This document shows positions 37,249 through 46,956 of a stretch of DNA of 64,000 nucleotides, one piece after another. Position numbers and translations under genes: made by a program. Source of the stretch: Candidatus Bathyarchaeia archaeon (lineage in GTDB: Archaea > Thermoproteota > Bathyarchaeia > Bathyarchaeales > Bathycorpusculaceae); assembly GCA_049969855.1 (NCBI GenBank), contig JBMFOB010000004.1, forward strand, positions 1-64,000. The letters are read 5' to 3'. The notes under the pieces are model-generated. The model searched no databases. It was not told the origin of the DNA and saw nothing but the letters and a program-made list of their open reading frames with translations. The first letter of the stretch is position 1, and each line of letters begins with the position of its first letter.

Positions 37249-38124
37249 GTGAAACTTGCTGTTTTCTGGGGCTGTCGCATATTAACAAGTCAGTACGCTT
37301 ATGAAATGTCTGTTCGAGAAGTTTTCAAAAAACTAAACATAGAACTTGTAGATCTATCCGAAGCTAATTGTTGTGGAGACCCGATAAAAAGCATAAAAGA
37401 CCCCGCAGCAAACTATTTAGCCATTAGAGTTTTAGCCCTAGCAAACTCGACAGGTTTAGATGGTTTGCTTGTGCCATGCAATCGTTGCCACTTTGCCATT
37501 TCAGAAGCAAAAAACGTTGCGAACAAAAACAAGAATCTTAACGAAAAAATCAAGGGCTTGCTGAAGGAAGAAGAATTAGAGTATAACGCTAACATTAAAA
37601 TTTGGCACATAATCGACTTTCTGCACGACTTTGTTGGCTTAGATTCTATTAAAAAAGCAACACAAAAGCCTCTTAAAGATTTGCGGTTGGCAACGCATGT
37701 TGGTTGCCAAATCATTCGTTACAGCGACCTTGGAAGGGTTGATGATGCGGAGAATCCTCGAAAACTTGATAAGTTAGTGGAGGTTCTTGGAGCGAAAACG
37801 GTGGATTACGCTGAAAAACTGGATTGTTGTGGTGCACCTTTAATGTATAGTCATCCCAGTTCTGCTCTTTCTCTTGCTGGCGCTAAAATTAAGGCTTTAA
37901 CGAGTTTGGGTGTTGACGGTTTGGTTATTTCTTGTCCCGATTGTGGTTTGATGTTTGATTTTAGGCAGAAGGATGCAGTGGCGACTGTTGGAGCAAAAGC
38001 CAGTCTTCCAGTGATTTATTATACGCAGCTTCTTGGTTTAGCCTTAAACATCGAAGCAGAAAAACTTGGTTTGCATCTTAACCAAAGCCCTGTGGAGCAA
38101 CTTTTAATGAAAATTTCTGCTTAA
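37249..38124 (+). CDS. hdrB: Heterodisulfide reductase subunit B
   Basis: Two CCG domains: WGC..NCCG..PCNRC and HVGC..DCCG..SCPDC.MFD. Confidence 0.92.
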   Translation: MKLAVFWGCRILTSQYAYEMSVREVFKKLNIELVDLSEANCCGDPIKSIKDPAANYLAIRVLALANSTGLDGLLVPCNRCHFAISEAKNVANKNKNLNEKIKGLLKEEELEYNANIKIWHIIDFLHDFVGLDSIKKATQKPLKDLRLATHVGCQIIRYSDLGRVDDAENPRKLDKLVEVLGAKTVDYAEKLDCCGAPLMYSHPSSALSLAGAKIKALTSLGVDGLVISCPDCGLMFDFRQKDAVATVGAKASLPVIYYTQLLGLALNIEAEKLGLHLNQSPVEQLLMKISA

Positions 38125-38181
38125 ACGCTAAACAACTTTTATATTCCAAGTTTAAAAATAGAAGCTTCAAGGTGAAAGTTT

Positions 38182-39399
38182 ATGGTTGATTTCAGTTTCA
38201 CAGAAGAGCAAGAGCTTTTCCGCAAAGCATTGAAAGAATGGTGCGAGAAAAATTTGTCCCTTGAAAAAATCAGAGAGATGGATAGTAAAGGCGAAATTCC
38301 GAAAGAAATTTTGAAGAGCATGGCTGACTTGGGCTTGCTTGTCATGACTGCGCCGCAGGAGCATGGTGGAACAGGCGCTGACTGGGTTACTGCCTGTATT
38401 GCTGGAGAAGAGTTGGGTTATGCTGACATTAGTATTGCTATTCCAGTGCTTTGGCTTGTGGAATCTTCTTGGGGCTTTGTTGTTGACAGATACTGCACAG
38501 AAAAAGTTCGTGAAACAGTTATCCATCCGGCAATAAAAGGCGAAGCCTTCATAGGCATAGCTTCCACGGAGTCTGGCGGCGGCTCTGATGTTGCAGCCTT
38601 CAAATCCACAGCCCGTAAGGAAGGAAACGATTGGATTTTGAATGGAGAGAAAATGTACATTAGCGGAACTGAAGAAGCCAAAAAACTTGGCGGAGGCTAC
38701 TTTGTCGTTGCCAGAACTTCGCCTGCACCTCCAGAAGCGCCACATCGTGGGATGACGGGCTTTTACTTGCCAATAAATGCTTCTGGGGTTGAAATTAACA
38801 AACGCTTTGATGATATGGGGCGGATGGCGATTTCCACTGGCGGTTTTATGATGAAAAATGTTAGGATACCCGACTCATATCGCCTTGGTGAAGTGGATAA
38901 AGGCTTCTATTTAACCATGGAAGGTTTTGACAATGCAAGAATATTGATAGCAGCAGTCTGCATTGGAGCTGCGAGAAGGGCGCTTGACATTGGAATGGAA
39001 TACATTAAAGAGCGGAAGGCTTTCGGCAGACCTATCGGAAAATTTGAGGGAATACAGTTTGAATTGGCGGATGATTGGGCGCAACTTGAGGCTCTGCGTT
39101 CACTCGTTTATCGAACCGCATGGATGAACGACAAAAAGTACAAGGAAAACAAATTCACACCATTAGAAGTTAGCAGAATGATTGCTGCTTGCAAACTGAT
39201 GGCGCCGCATTTCGCCTTCGACGTTTTCAAGCATGCAATGATTTGGCTTGGCGCCTACGGTTATACCAAAGAATGCCCATTAGAAATGGGATTGCGTGGA
39301 ATAATGTCTTACTGTGTCGGGGCTGAAGGAGCCACAAACATTCAAAGAATAGTCATAGCAAGAGAACTTTTAGGCAAAGACTACATACCCTACAAATAA
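38182..39399 (+). CDS. Acyl-CoA dehydrogenase
   Basis: DF.FTEEQ, TE..GGSD, LNGEKMYIS, R.AFGRPIGKF.GIQF, GAYGY, EGATNIQR. Confidence 0.94.
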   Translation: MVDFSFTEEQELFRKALKEWCEKNLSLEKIREMDSKGEIPKEILKSMADLGLLVMTAPQEHGGTGADWVTACIAGEELGYADISIAIPVLWLVESSWGFVVDRYCTEKVRETVIHPAIKGEAFIGIASTESGGGSDVAAFKSTARKEGNDWILNGEKMYISGTEEAKKLGGGYFVVARTSPAPPEAPHRGMTGFYLPINASGVEINKRFDDMGRMAISTGGFMMKNVRIPDSYRLGEVDKGFYLTMEGFDNARILIAAVCIGAARRALDIGMEYIKERKAFGRPIGKFEGIQFELADDWAQLEALRSLVYRTAWMNDKKYKENKFTPLEVSRMIAACKLMAPHFAFDVFKHAMIWLGAYGYTKECPLEMGLRGIMSYCVGAEGATNIQRIVIARELLGKDYIPYK

Positions 39400-39410
39400 T
39401 CCCATTATTC

Positions 39411-39424
39411 ACATTTTCTTTTTT
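39411..39424 (+). terminator. Oligo-T archaeal terminator candidate after the hdrACB-acd operon
   Basis: ACATTTTCTTTTTT just after the acd stop. Confidence 0.4.
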
Positions 39425-39527
39425 AATGAAGTTTACTGTTTTCGCCAGTTCCTTCATCATGCAGGAAACCATTAACGCATGAGCATGCTTGTACTCTTAA
39501 CAAGCCTTAAGGCTTCATCTTAAGAAG

Positions 39528-39908
39528 ATGAGCTTAAGTTGCCACGTCTCGACCGTCATAATTTCGTGGGTGGGGTATATGACTGGCTATGTTTCTCTCC
39601 AAACAACTGTCGAATTCTCAGTTATCGCGTTGCTGCTTGTAGGTTCAACCCACGCTCTCCGACGTTTCGTTTCGACTTCTTTCCCCAAGTGGCAATTTTT
39701 CAGGCGAGTTGTCTTCGTCCTGTGCGGCATTTTCTGGATTGGTTTCTTTTTATGGAGAATTTCCGTGATTGCCCTAAGACAAGTGTTCGGTTTAAGTGCA
39801 GATACCTCAGCATTCCTAGCGTTACCATGTTACCTACTGGGAGCCTACATTGCAGACAAACTAGAGAAGCGCACGCGTATGCATACACGCCAAAGGACAC
39901 ACTCCTAA
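39528..39908 (+). CDS. Hypothetical small membrane protein (about 3 TM)
   Basis: Three hydrophobic segments; codon style differs from neighbours; start may be ATG 39579. Confidence 0.45.
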   Translation: MSLSCHVSTVIISWVGYMTGYVSLQTTVEFSVIALLLVGSTHALRRFVSTSFPKWQFFRRVVFVLCGIFWIGFFLWRISVIALRQVFGLSADTSAFLALPCYLLGAYIADKLEKRTRMHTRQRTHS

Positions 39909-40103
39909 CAGAAAATGCATTGGTTTTCCAAATTTTTAGAACAGCTTCTTTTAATGTCTCCTAAGAGAATGTTGTTAGTTCTTTGGTTTTAAGGAAAAGT
40001 ATAAGTTTTTAGAGCGGTATAGAAGGAACCATTGGGAAAATAGGAGGAAAAACTAGAGAGGGTAGGTCGCGTATTGGTTGTTTTTAAGCCCAAAAATATG
40101 TTG

Positions 40104-41054
40104 TTACCGCAGTTGCTTCTTTAATGCTTCTTTCAGTGCTGGCAGTATCTCATATAAGTCGCCTACAACGCCGTAATCTGCAACCTCAAATATCGGCGCA
40201 TTCTCATCCTTGTTAATAGCCACTATCACTTTCGCATCTCGAATTCCGGCTACGTGCTGAATTACGCCAGAAATTCCACAAGCAATGTAAAGTTTTGGCT
40301 TAACCTTATGTCCAGACAATCCAACCCATTCTGTGAACCATTTTCTATCCTCAACTAAGGGTCGTGTGTTGCCAACTTGCCCGTTCAGAATTTTTGCCAA
40401 CTCTTCTAGTAAAGCAGTGTCTTCTTTCTTTTCTAATCCTCTTCCGCAACTGACTATTACATCTGCGTCTTCAATTCTTACGCTTGAAATTTCGATGGGT
40501 TTTGTTTCTATGATTTCTGTTTTTGGTGCTTCAATTTTTGCGTCGAATTTTATTATTTGTCCATTGCGGTCTTTTGGCTGAAGTTTTTCAAATGTTCTTT
40601 GGGGAATTGTTGCTATTTGTGGTTTTGTTTTGAAGGTTATTTTTGCAGTGGCGTTTCCGCCGTATGTTATTCTTTCGCCTATTAGCCTTCCCTGTTCGTC
40701 AACATTTAGCCTATTACAGTCGGGGATGCATCCAGTTTGGAGGCGAGTTGCAAGTTTGGCTGCGAGGGGTTTTCCATTCCTTGTTGAGCCTATTAGTATT
40801 ATTTCAGGTTTGTAATCTATTACGAGACTGTGTAAAACGCTGAGGTATGGTTCCATTTGAAAATGTGTCAAGGCTTGATTTTCGATTAGAAAAACTTTGT
40901 CTGCTCCATGTTTTATTAACTCGTTTGCCCTTTCTTGAACGTTATATCCAATCAGAACAGCCGCCAACTCTTTTTGCAATTTATCCGCTATTTCTCTTCC
41001 TTTCCCAAGCATCTCTAAAGTCAAATCGTGCTTTTCAGAATAAACCAGAATCAT
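40104..41054 (-). CDS. etfA: Electron transfer flavoprotein alpha subunit
   Basis: GAD.V, YGGN, VIVSCGRG, GLSG..VKP.LYIACGISG.IQH.AG, AINKD.NAPIF; start ATG 41054. Confidence 0.95.
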   Translation of the reverse strand: MILVYSEKHDLTLEMLGKGREIADKLQKELAAVLIGYNVQERANELIKHGADKVFLIENQALTHFQMEPYLSVLHSLVIDYKPEIILIGSTRNGKPLAAKLATRLQTGCIPDCNRLNVDEQGRLIGERITYGGNATAKITFKTKPQIATIPQRTFEKLQPKDRNGQIIKFDAKIEAPKTEIIETKPIEISSVRIEDADVIVSCGRGLEKKEDTALLEELAKILNGQVGNTRPLVEDRKWFTEWVGLSGHKVKPKLYIACGISGVIQHVAGIRDAKVIVAINKDENAPIFEVADYGVVGDLYEILPALKEALKKQLR

Positions 41055-41058
41055 TTTT

Positions 41059-41847
41059 TCACCTTCCAACAACGCCTTCCTCAACCAAAGCCTTAACCAA
41101 TTTGTCGGCAATCTCTTGCGCTGTTTCGCCAGTTATTTTCACTCTTTTTCGTTCCGTTTTTGGAGCCAAAACTTCCATTACTTCAATTTTTGTATCAAGC
41201 TTTTCTTTTTGAAGGTTCAAGTCTGCAGCAGTCCATGTTGTTATTTCCTTTTTTGAAGCTTTCATTATCATCATAAGCGATGGAATTCTAGGCTGGTTTA
41301 TTTCTCTCGTAACCGATATCAAAGCTGGCATTTTCACTTTTACAGTTTCAATGGCGTCTTCAATGGCTCTTTCCACAATAACCGCATCACCTTCCACAGA
41401 AATTTTTCTAACAGAAGTCGCCTGCGACAAGCCAAGAAGCTCCGCCAATCTTGAACTGACAAGCCCTGAAAAGCTATCCAAGGAGGTTTCGCCGCATAAT
41501 ATCAAGTCAAAGGTTCCGATTTTTTTGATTGATTCTGCAAGAATATAAGCGGTGCCTAAAGTGTCTATGTCTTTAAAGTTGGGGTCGCTAATCATGTAAG
41601 CCTTGTCTGCTCCCATGGCGAGGGCTTCTCGCAGAACAGTTTTTGCATCTTCAGCGGTGACTGTTACGGTTAATATTTCAATGTTGCCAATTTTCTCCTT
41701 AATCCTTATAGCTTCTTCTAAGGCGTTTTTGTCAAAATCGCTTATTTTCTTGGCTGCACCAGCAGTTATTAATTGTCTTGTTGTTGGGTCAACTTTTAAC
41801 TGTGAAACGTCAATTGCTTGTTTGAGGCAAACAATTATTCTATTCAA
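41059..41847 (-). CDS. etfB: Electron transfer flavoprotein beta subunit
   Basis: IIVCLKQ, FDKNALEEA, LREALAMGAD, DTLGTA, DLILCG..S.D, INQPRIPS; start TTG 41847. Confidence 0.95.
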   Translation of the reverse strand: MNRIIVCLKQAIDVSQLKVDPTTRQLITAGAAKKISDFDKNALEEAIRIKEKIGNIEILTVTVTAEDAKTVLREALAMGADKAYMISDPNFKDIDTLGTAYILAESIKKIGTFDLILCGETSLDSFSGLVSSRLAELLGLSQATSVRKISVEGDAVIVERAIEDAIETVKVKMPALISVTREINQPRIPSLMMIMKASKKEITTWTAADLNLQKEKLDTKIEVMEVLAPKTERKRVKITGETAQEIADKLVKALVEEGVVGR

Positions 41848-42010
41848 TAATTTTCCCTTCTGATAATGGGTTGTTAGAAAACCTAAATTTCTGGTGCTTG
41901 TAAAAAACTTTTGCTCTGATAACTCTAATGTTTTAATGGTGCAATTTTGTTGTGGAAAGGAAGTGAGTGTGCATAAAAATTTATTAGCGTATGTTTTTAA
42001 AGTCTCCCGC

Positions 42011-43126
42011 ATGGAAGAAGCGAACATAGTTATTATAGGCGCTGGCATAGTTGGCTTGGCTGTAGCTGCAAAACTTTCCGAAAGGAATGAAGGAGTCTAT
42101 ATTTTAGAGAAAAATTCAAGGTTTGGACAAGAAACAAGCACGCATAACAGTGGAGTAATTCATTCGGGTATTCATTATCCGCCCGGTTCTCTTAAGGCTA
42201 AATTATGCGTTAAAGGCAATTTGATGATTTACGAAATTTGCGAGAAATATATGATTCCATATAAGCCTTTAGGAAAATTGACAGTGGCTATTGAAGATGA
42301 AGAGTTGGAAGAGTTGGAAAAACTGAAGCGTTGGGGAGAGGCAAACGGTGTTGAGGGTTTGAAATTTTTGGAAAGGGAAGATGTTAAGCGGTTGGAGCCA
42401 AATGTTGAGGTTGAAAAGGCGCTTTATTCTCCTTCTACGGGTATTGTTGAACCTGACGAGCTTATGAACTATTTTTATGCCAAGGCTTCTGAGAATGGTG
42501 CAGTTTTGGCTACACAAACAGAAGTAACTGGTTTAAGAAAAACAAACGGCAATTATGAAGTGAGCGGAATCAGTTTAGGCGAAAAATTCACCATAAAAGC
42601 AAAAAGCGTGATAAATTGTGCTGGGCTTTACTCAGACAAAATAGCCACGCTTATTGGGTTGAACGTGGAAAAACTTGGTTATAAATTGCATTATTGCAAA
42701 GGCGATTACTTTAGGCTTATTGGCAAAGCTCCAGTAAAAATGCTGATTTATCCAGTTCCGAAAGGACCAGGATTAGGAATTCACTTGACCCCAGACCTTG
42801 CGGGAGTAGTGAAATTGGGACCAAACGCCTACTATGTGGATAACATCAGCTATGAAGTGAACTCCAGCGAAGAGGAGTTTCGGGAAGACGTCAAAAGATT
42901 CTTGCCATCCATCCGAAACTATGAACTCACACCCGATTTTGCCGGAGTCAGACCCAAACTTCAAGGTCCAAGCGAAGAGTTTAGGGATTTTGTCATAAAA
43001 CATGAGGCTGACAGGGGCTTTTTTGGCTTCATAAATCTTATAGGCATTGAGTCTCCGGGTTTGACGGCGGCGCCAGCTATTGGCGAGTTTGTTTCCGAAA
43101 TCTACGAGAATGAAATTAAGAAATGA
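42011..43126 (+). CDS. lhgO: FAD-dependent oxidoreductase, L-2-hydroxyglutarate dehydrogenase (LhgO)-like
   Basis: IIGAGIVG, TSTHNSGVIHSGIHY.PGSLKA.LC, NCAGL, KGDYF, IYPVP, GIHLT, AGVRP, GIESPGLT; start ATG 42011. Confidence 0.8.
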   Translation: MEEANIVIIGAGIVGLAVAAKLSERNEGVYILEKNSRFGQETSTHNSGVIHSGIHYPPGSLKAKLCVKGNLMIYEICEKYMIPYKPLGKLTVAIEDEELEELEKLKRWGEANGVEGLKFLEREDVKRLEPNVEVEKALYSPSTGIVEPDELMNYFYAKASENGAVLATQTEVTGLRKTNGNYEVSGISLGEKFTIKAKSVINCAGLYSDKIATLIGLNVEKLGYKLHYCKGDYFRLIGKAPVKMLIYPVPKGPGLGIHLTPDLAGVVKLGPNAYYVDNISYEVNSSEEEFREDVKRFLPSIRNYELTPDFAGVRPKLQGPSEEFRDFVIKHEADRGFFGFINLIGIESPGLTAAPAIGEFVSEIYENEIKK

Positions 43127-43223
43127 GAGGTTTAAACAATATTTTCGGGAGTGTTGAAACATAAAATATTAGAATAGAGTTTTATTTTAATGTCAAACAA
43201 AATTGAAAGAGAGGATATGAAAA

Positions 43224-44348
43224 ATGGCTTCTAAAACGTTTTTCTGGCAGGGAAACGAGGCTTGTGTTGAAGCGGCAATAATTGCTGGCTGCCGGTTTTT
43301 CGCTGGTTATCCCATATCTCCTGCAAACGAGATTTCTGAGTATATGGCGGCGCGACTGCCGAAAGTTGGCGGTGTCTTCATGCAGATGGAGGATGAGCTA
43401 GCTTCTATTGGTGCTGTTATGGGGGCGAGTTGGTGTGGAGAAAAGGCTATGACAGCGACTTCTGGGCCAGGTTTCAGTTTAATGCAAGAGACTCTTGGCT
43501 GGGGTTTTATGACTGAGACGCCATGCGTTGTTGTGGATGTTCAGAGAGTTGGACCTGGCACTGGACAAGCCACTAAGGCTGCGCAAGGTGATGTGATGCA
43601 GGCTCGTTGGGGAACCCATGGTGACTATTCTGTTATAGCGCTTTCTCCCAATTCTGTTCAGGAAATGTTTGAACTTACAATTAGGGCTTTTAACTTGGCT
43701 GAAAAATATCGCACGCCAGTCATTGTCTTGACTGACGAGATCATCGCCCATGTTAGGGAGCAAGTTGTAATCCCGCCATTAGAAAATGTCACGATAATAA
43801 ACAGAAAAAAGCCCAAGGCTGAAGACAAAATCTTCTTCGGTTTAGAGAATGTAGCGCCAATGCCATCCGTCGGCGAAGGCTTCAATGTTGCCGTCACCGC
43901 TTCAACTCATGATGAATATGGAGTTCGATTTACGGCAGACCCAAAAGTGCATAGGCGTATGGTGGAAGTCATCAACAACAAGATTAAGAAAAACGTGGAT
44001 GACATAGTGGAAGTTGAAACCTACAACATTGACGACTGCAGAGTGGGCATAGTTTCTTTCGGGTGCACATCCCGAGCAGTTTACGAGGCTGTTGAAACTG
44101 CAGAAGCAGATGGAATAAAAGCGGGTTATGTTCGTTTAAAAACCGTCTGGCCATTACCAGAAAAACAAATCATGCGATTGGCAGAGTCTGCTGAAAGAAT
44201 AATTGTTCCGGAGATGAATCTTGGACAGTTATATTATGAAGTTAAAAGGATAGCGTGTTCAAGGGATGTTGTTTCTTTGAGTAAGATTGGCGGAGGAGAA
44301 ATGATTACGCCTGAGGAGATTTTAGCTGAAATTTTAAGAGGACGGTGA
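43224..44348 (+). CDS. korA: 2-oxoacid:ferredoxin oxidoreductase alpha subunit (2-oxoglutarate-type)
   Basis: GNEA, FFAGYPISP, QMEDE, TATSGPG, QRVGPGTG, HGD, PEMN.GQ. Confidence 0.9.
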   Translation: MASKTFFWQGNEACVEAAIIAGCRFFAGYPISPANEISEYMAARLPKVGGVFMQMEDELASIGAVMGASWCGEKAMTATSGPGFSLMQETLGWGFMTETPCVVVDVQRVGPGTGQATKAAQGDVMQARWGTHGDYSVIALSPNSVQEMFELTIRAFNLAEKYRTPVIVLTDEIIAHVREQVVIPPLENVTIINRKKPKAEDKIFFGLENVAPMPSVGEGFNVAVTASTHDEYGVRFTADPKVHRRMVEVINNKIKKNVDDIVEVETYNIDDCRVGIVSFGCTSRAVYEAVETAEADGIKAGYVRLKTVWPLPEKQIMRLAESAERIIVPEMNLGQLYYEVKRIACSRDVVSLSKIGGGEMITPEEILAEILRGR

Positions 44349-45187
44349 ATGGTATGGGTGAAGCGTTTTCAAGTCGCAGTTATATGAGAGATTTGAGGTT
44401 GCCTTTCTGTCCCGGATGCGGTTTGTTTGCTTTAAGTGACACTTTTCTGAGGGCTGTCTATGAATTGGGCTATAAGGACTTAAGCAATTTCATTTTCACA
44501 AGCGGGATAGGCTGCACATCTTGGATTCCTTCGCCCTATTTCAAGGCTGATTCTGTTCACACGCTTCATGGAAGAAGCATACCGCCAGCAACAAGCATAA
44601 AACTCCTAAAACCCGATTTTCACGTTGTCGTCTTTGGAGGAGACGGCGATATAGTTGGCATAGGTTTAAGCCACTTCATTCATGCTGCAAGGAGAAACAC
44701 GGATATTCTTGTGATAATGGGAAACAACATGGTTTATGGCATGACTGGCGGACAAGTTGCACCCACAACACCATACAAAGCCCACACAACCACAACGCCC
44801 TATGGAAGCTTTGAGCATCCTTTAGACGCTGCAAAACTTGCAGTGGCAGCAGGCGCAGCCTACGTAGCCAGATGGACAACAGCCCATCTCAGCGAATTGA
44901 AGGAGTCAATTAAGAAGGCGATACAACTGCAAGGTTTCAGATTTATTGAAGTTGTAACTCAATGTCCCACAGCCTACGGCAGAAGAATGGGCTTTAAAAA
45001 TGTTGGAGAAATGCTAAGATGGTTTAAGGAAAATTCCATTCCAGTCAAGCAGGCGGAAGGAATGAGCGAAGAAGAATTGGAGGGTAAAATTGTTGTTGGA
45101 GAGTTTGTGGAAAGAAAACGTCCAACACTTGTAGAAAATGTTCATGCTCTGTTGAAGGAGGCGCAGAAAGGTGGCAAAAAGGATTGA
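44345..45187 (+). CDS. korB: 2-oxoacid:ferredoxin oxidoreductase beta subunit
   Basis: FCPGCG, SGIGC, HTLHGR, TPP-binding GDGD...NN.YGMTGGQ, QCPT. Confidence 0.92.
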   Translation: MNGMGEAFSSRSYMRDLRLPFCPGCGLFALSDTFLRAVYELGYKDLSNFIFTSGIGCTSWIPSPYFKADSVHTLHGRSIPPATSIKLLKPDFHVVVFGGDGDIVGIGLSHFIHAARRNTDILVIMGNNMVYGMTGGQVAPTTPYKAHTTTTPYGSFEHPLDAAKLAVAAGAAYVARWTTAHLSELKESIKKAIQLQGFRFIEVVTQCPTAYGRRMGFKNVGEMLRWFKENSIPVKQAEGMSEEELEGKIVVGEFVERKRPTLVENVHALLKEAQKGGKKD

Positions 45188-45701
45188 GATAATAATAGGT
45201 GGAAGTGGCGGTCAAGGCGTTGTCTTAGCTGGGCAAATATTGGGAAAGACTGTTGCATATGAAGGAAGAAAAGTTCTACAAACGCAGAGCTATGGAGCTG
45301 AAGCAAGAGGAAGCCTAGCAAGAAGCGAAGTAATAATTTCAGAAAACCCAATAGGTTTCCCAGCGGTTAGAAAATGTGACATACTAGTCGCTATGAACCA
45401 AGAATCCTTAAATGCGAATCTGCAACACCTTAAGGATGATGGGCTATTGATAGTTGACAGCACCAATGTGCAAGAAATTCTTGAAACGAAGGCGAAAGTC
45501 TACAAAGTTCCCATAACTGAAACCTGTAAGAAAATGTTTGGAGAAGCAACATACGCAAACATGATGATGCTTGGAGTTTTAACCAAACTAACCAAATTGG
45601 TTAGTGGCGAAACTATGAAGAAAGTCATAGAGGAAGTTGTTCCTGCAAAAACATTAGACGCCAACTTGAAAGCCTTCGAGAAGGGTCAAGAGTTAATATA
45701 A
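45171..45701 (+). CDS. korG: 2-oxoacid:ferredoxin oxidoreductase gamma subunit
   Basis: GSGGQG, QSYGAEARG, NM.MLG, N.KAFEKG. Confidence 0.9.
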   Translation: MAKRIEIIIGGSGGQGVVLAGQILGKTVAYEGRKVLQTQSYGAEARGSLARSEVIISENPIGFPAVRKCDILVAMNQESLNANLQHLKDDGLLIVDSTNVQEILETKAKVYKVPITETCKKMFGEATYANMMMLGVLTKLTKLVSGETMKKVIEEVVPAKTLDANLKAFEKGQELI

Positions 45702-45726
45702 CCTACAAAGTTTAATACAATCTTCG

Positions 45727-46845
45727 GTGGTCTTTGTGGAATACGAAATTAAATGCAGCATTTGCGGGCAACCTTCAACCAATCTTTTAGATTTTAAATG
45801 TCCCAAATGCGGTCAGCCTTTAGAAATTCAGAATTTTGTCAAATTTGAACATGAAAAAATTGTAACTAAAGACTATACTATTTGGCGGTATGCAAAATTT
45901 TTCCCGTATGTGAAAAAAGAGGAAATTATCACGTTAGGAGAGGGTTGGACCCCCCTTGTCAATTTCTCAAGCAATGTTTATTTCAAACTTGAAAGTCTTA
46001 ATCCAACCGGTTCTTTCAAGGACAGAGGCTCGGCGGTGCTTTTTTCCGCCTTACATAGGCTTGTGAAAAGGGCTGGTGGATATGTATCTGAGGATTCTTC
46101 TGGTAATGCTGGGGCGTCTATGGCTGCTTACGCTGCTCGTGCAGGTTTGAAGGCGAAAATTTATGTTCCGGAAAATGTTTCTGGACCGAAGTTTAATCAA
46201 ATTCAATTTTATGGTGCAGATGTCGTTAAGGTTTCTGGAAGCCGTAGCAAGGTTGCTGAGGAAGCGCAAAAAACCGAAGCGGGAAAATTCTATGTTGGAC
46301 ACATTTTGCATCCGTTGTTTAGGGATGGAATAAGAAGTCTTGCTTATGAGATAGCTGAACAGTTTGGTTGGCGTGTTCCAGAACGCATTTACTTGCCAGT
46401 TTCAGCTGGCACTTTGCTTTTAGGCGTGATTGATGGATTTAAGCATCTTATCGACTCAAACATTATAGAAAATATGCCAAAAATCGTGGCTTGCCAAACA
46501 CAACAAGTTTCACCCCTTTATCATCAGTTTAAAAACTTAAGATATGCCCCTCCTGAAAAGGTAACATCCATTGCTGATGCTTTGGTGAGTGTAAATCCTC
46601 CACTTTTAGCAGTTATGGTCAAAAAGTTAAGAGAAGCGAAAGGCGATGCTGTTATGGTTGGCGAAAACGAAATATTGGACGCTTTTATGGAGCTTGCTGG
46701 AAAAGGATTTTTTGTTGAACCAAGCTCGGCTGTTGCATATGCAGCCTACAAAAAACAGCTCTTAAATAAGGAAGCGTCAAAAACTGATGAAACTCTCATA
46801 ATTCTTACTGGGATGGGTTTGAAAACTATGCTTAAACCACGCTAA
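45727..46845 (+). CDS. Threonine synthase-like PLP enzyme with N-terminal zinc ribbon
   Basis: CxxC..CxxC, LGEG.TPL, NPTGSFKDRG, EDSSGNAG, EPSSA, LTG.GLK. Confidence 0.85.
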   Translation: MVFVEYEIKCSICGQPSTNLLDFKCPKCGQPLEIQNFVKFEHEKIVTKDYTIWRYAKFFPYVKKEEIITLGEGWTPLVNFSSNVYFKLESLNPTGSFKDRGSAVLFSALHRLVKRAGGYVSEDSSGNAGASMAAYAARAGLKAKIYVPENVSGPKFNQIQFYGADVVKVSGSRSKVAEEAQKTEAGKFYVGHILHPLFRDGIRSLAYEIAEQFGWRVPERIYLPVSAGTLLLGVIDGFKHLIDSNIIENMPKIVACQTQQVSPLYHQFKNLRYAPPEKVTSIADALVSVNPPLLAVMVKKLREAKGDAVMVGENEILDAFMELAGKGFFVEPSSAVAYAAYKKQLLNKEASKTDETLIILTGMGLKTMLKPR

Positions 46846-46899
46846 CGACATTCGCGTAATAGTTTCCATTAAAAAATTTGCTTTTCCGCTTTTGCTTTA

Positions 46900-46912
46900 G
46901 AAAAATTTATAT
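46900..46912 (+). promoter_or_regulatory. BRE/TATA promoter candidate for the thermosome gene
   Basis: GAAAAA-TTTATAT upstream of a GGAGG SD (46943-46947) and TTG 46957. Confidence 0.5.
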
Positions 46913-46956
46913 TGTAATGCTGTTTCTCATTGAGACGCATTAGGAGGTTGTTTGGT

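Noticed and set aside
34750-38124. HdrABC as evidence of methanogenesis
   Set aside because: No mcr/mtr genes in the window; HdrABC is widespread in non-methanogens
39539-39964. Alternative 141-aa ORF overlapping the small membrane gene
   Set aside because: Arg/Cys/Pro-rich, non-protein-like composition; frame 39528-39908 has coherent TM segments
41848-42048. Apparent overlap of etfB and lhgO N-terminal extensions
   Set aside because: Artefact of longest-ORF calling; true starts at 41847 (-) and 42011 (+) leave a normal divergent promoter region
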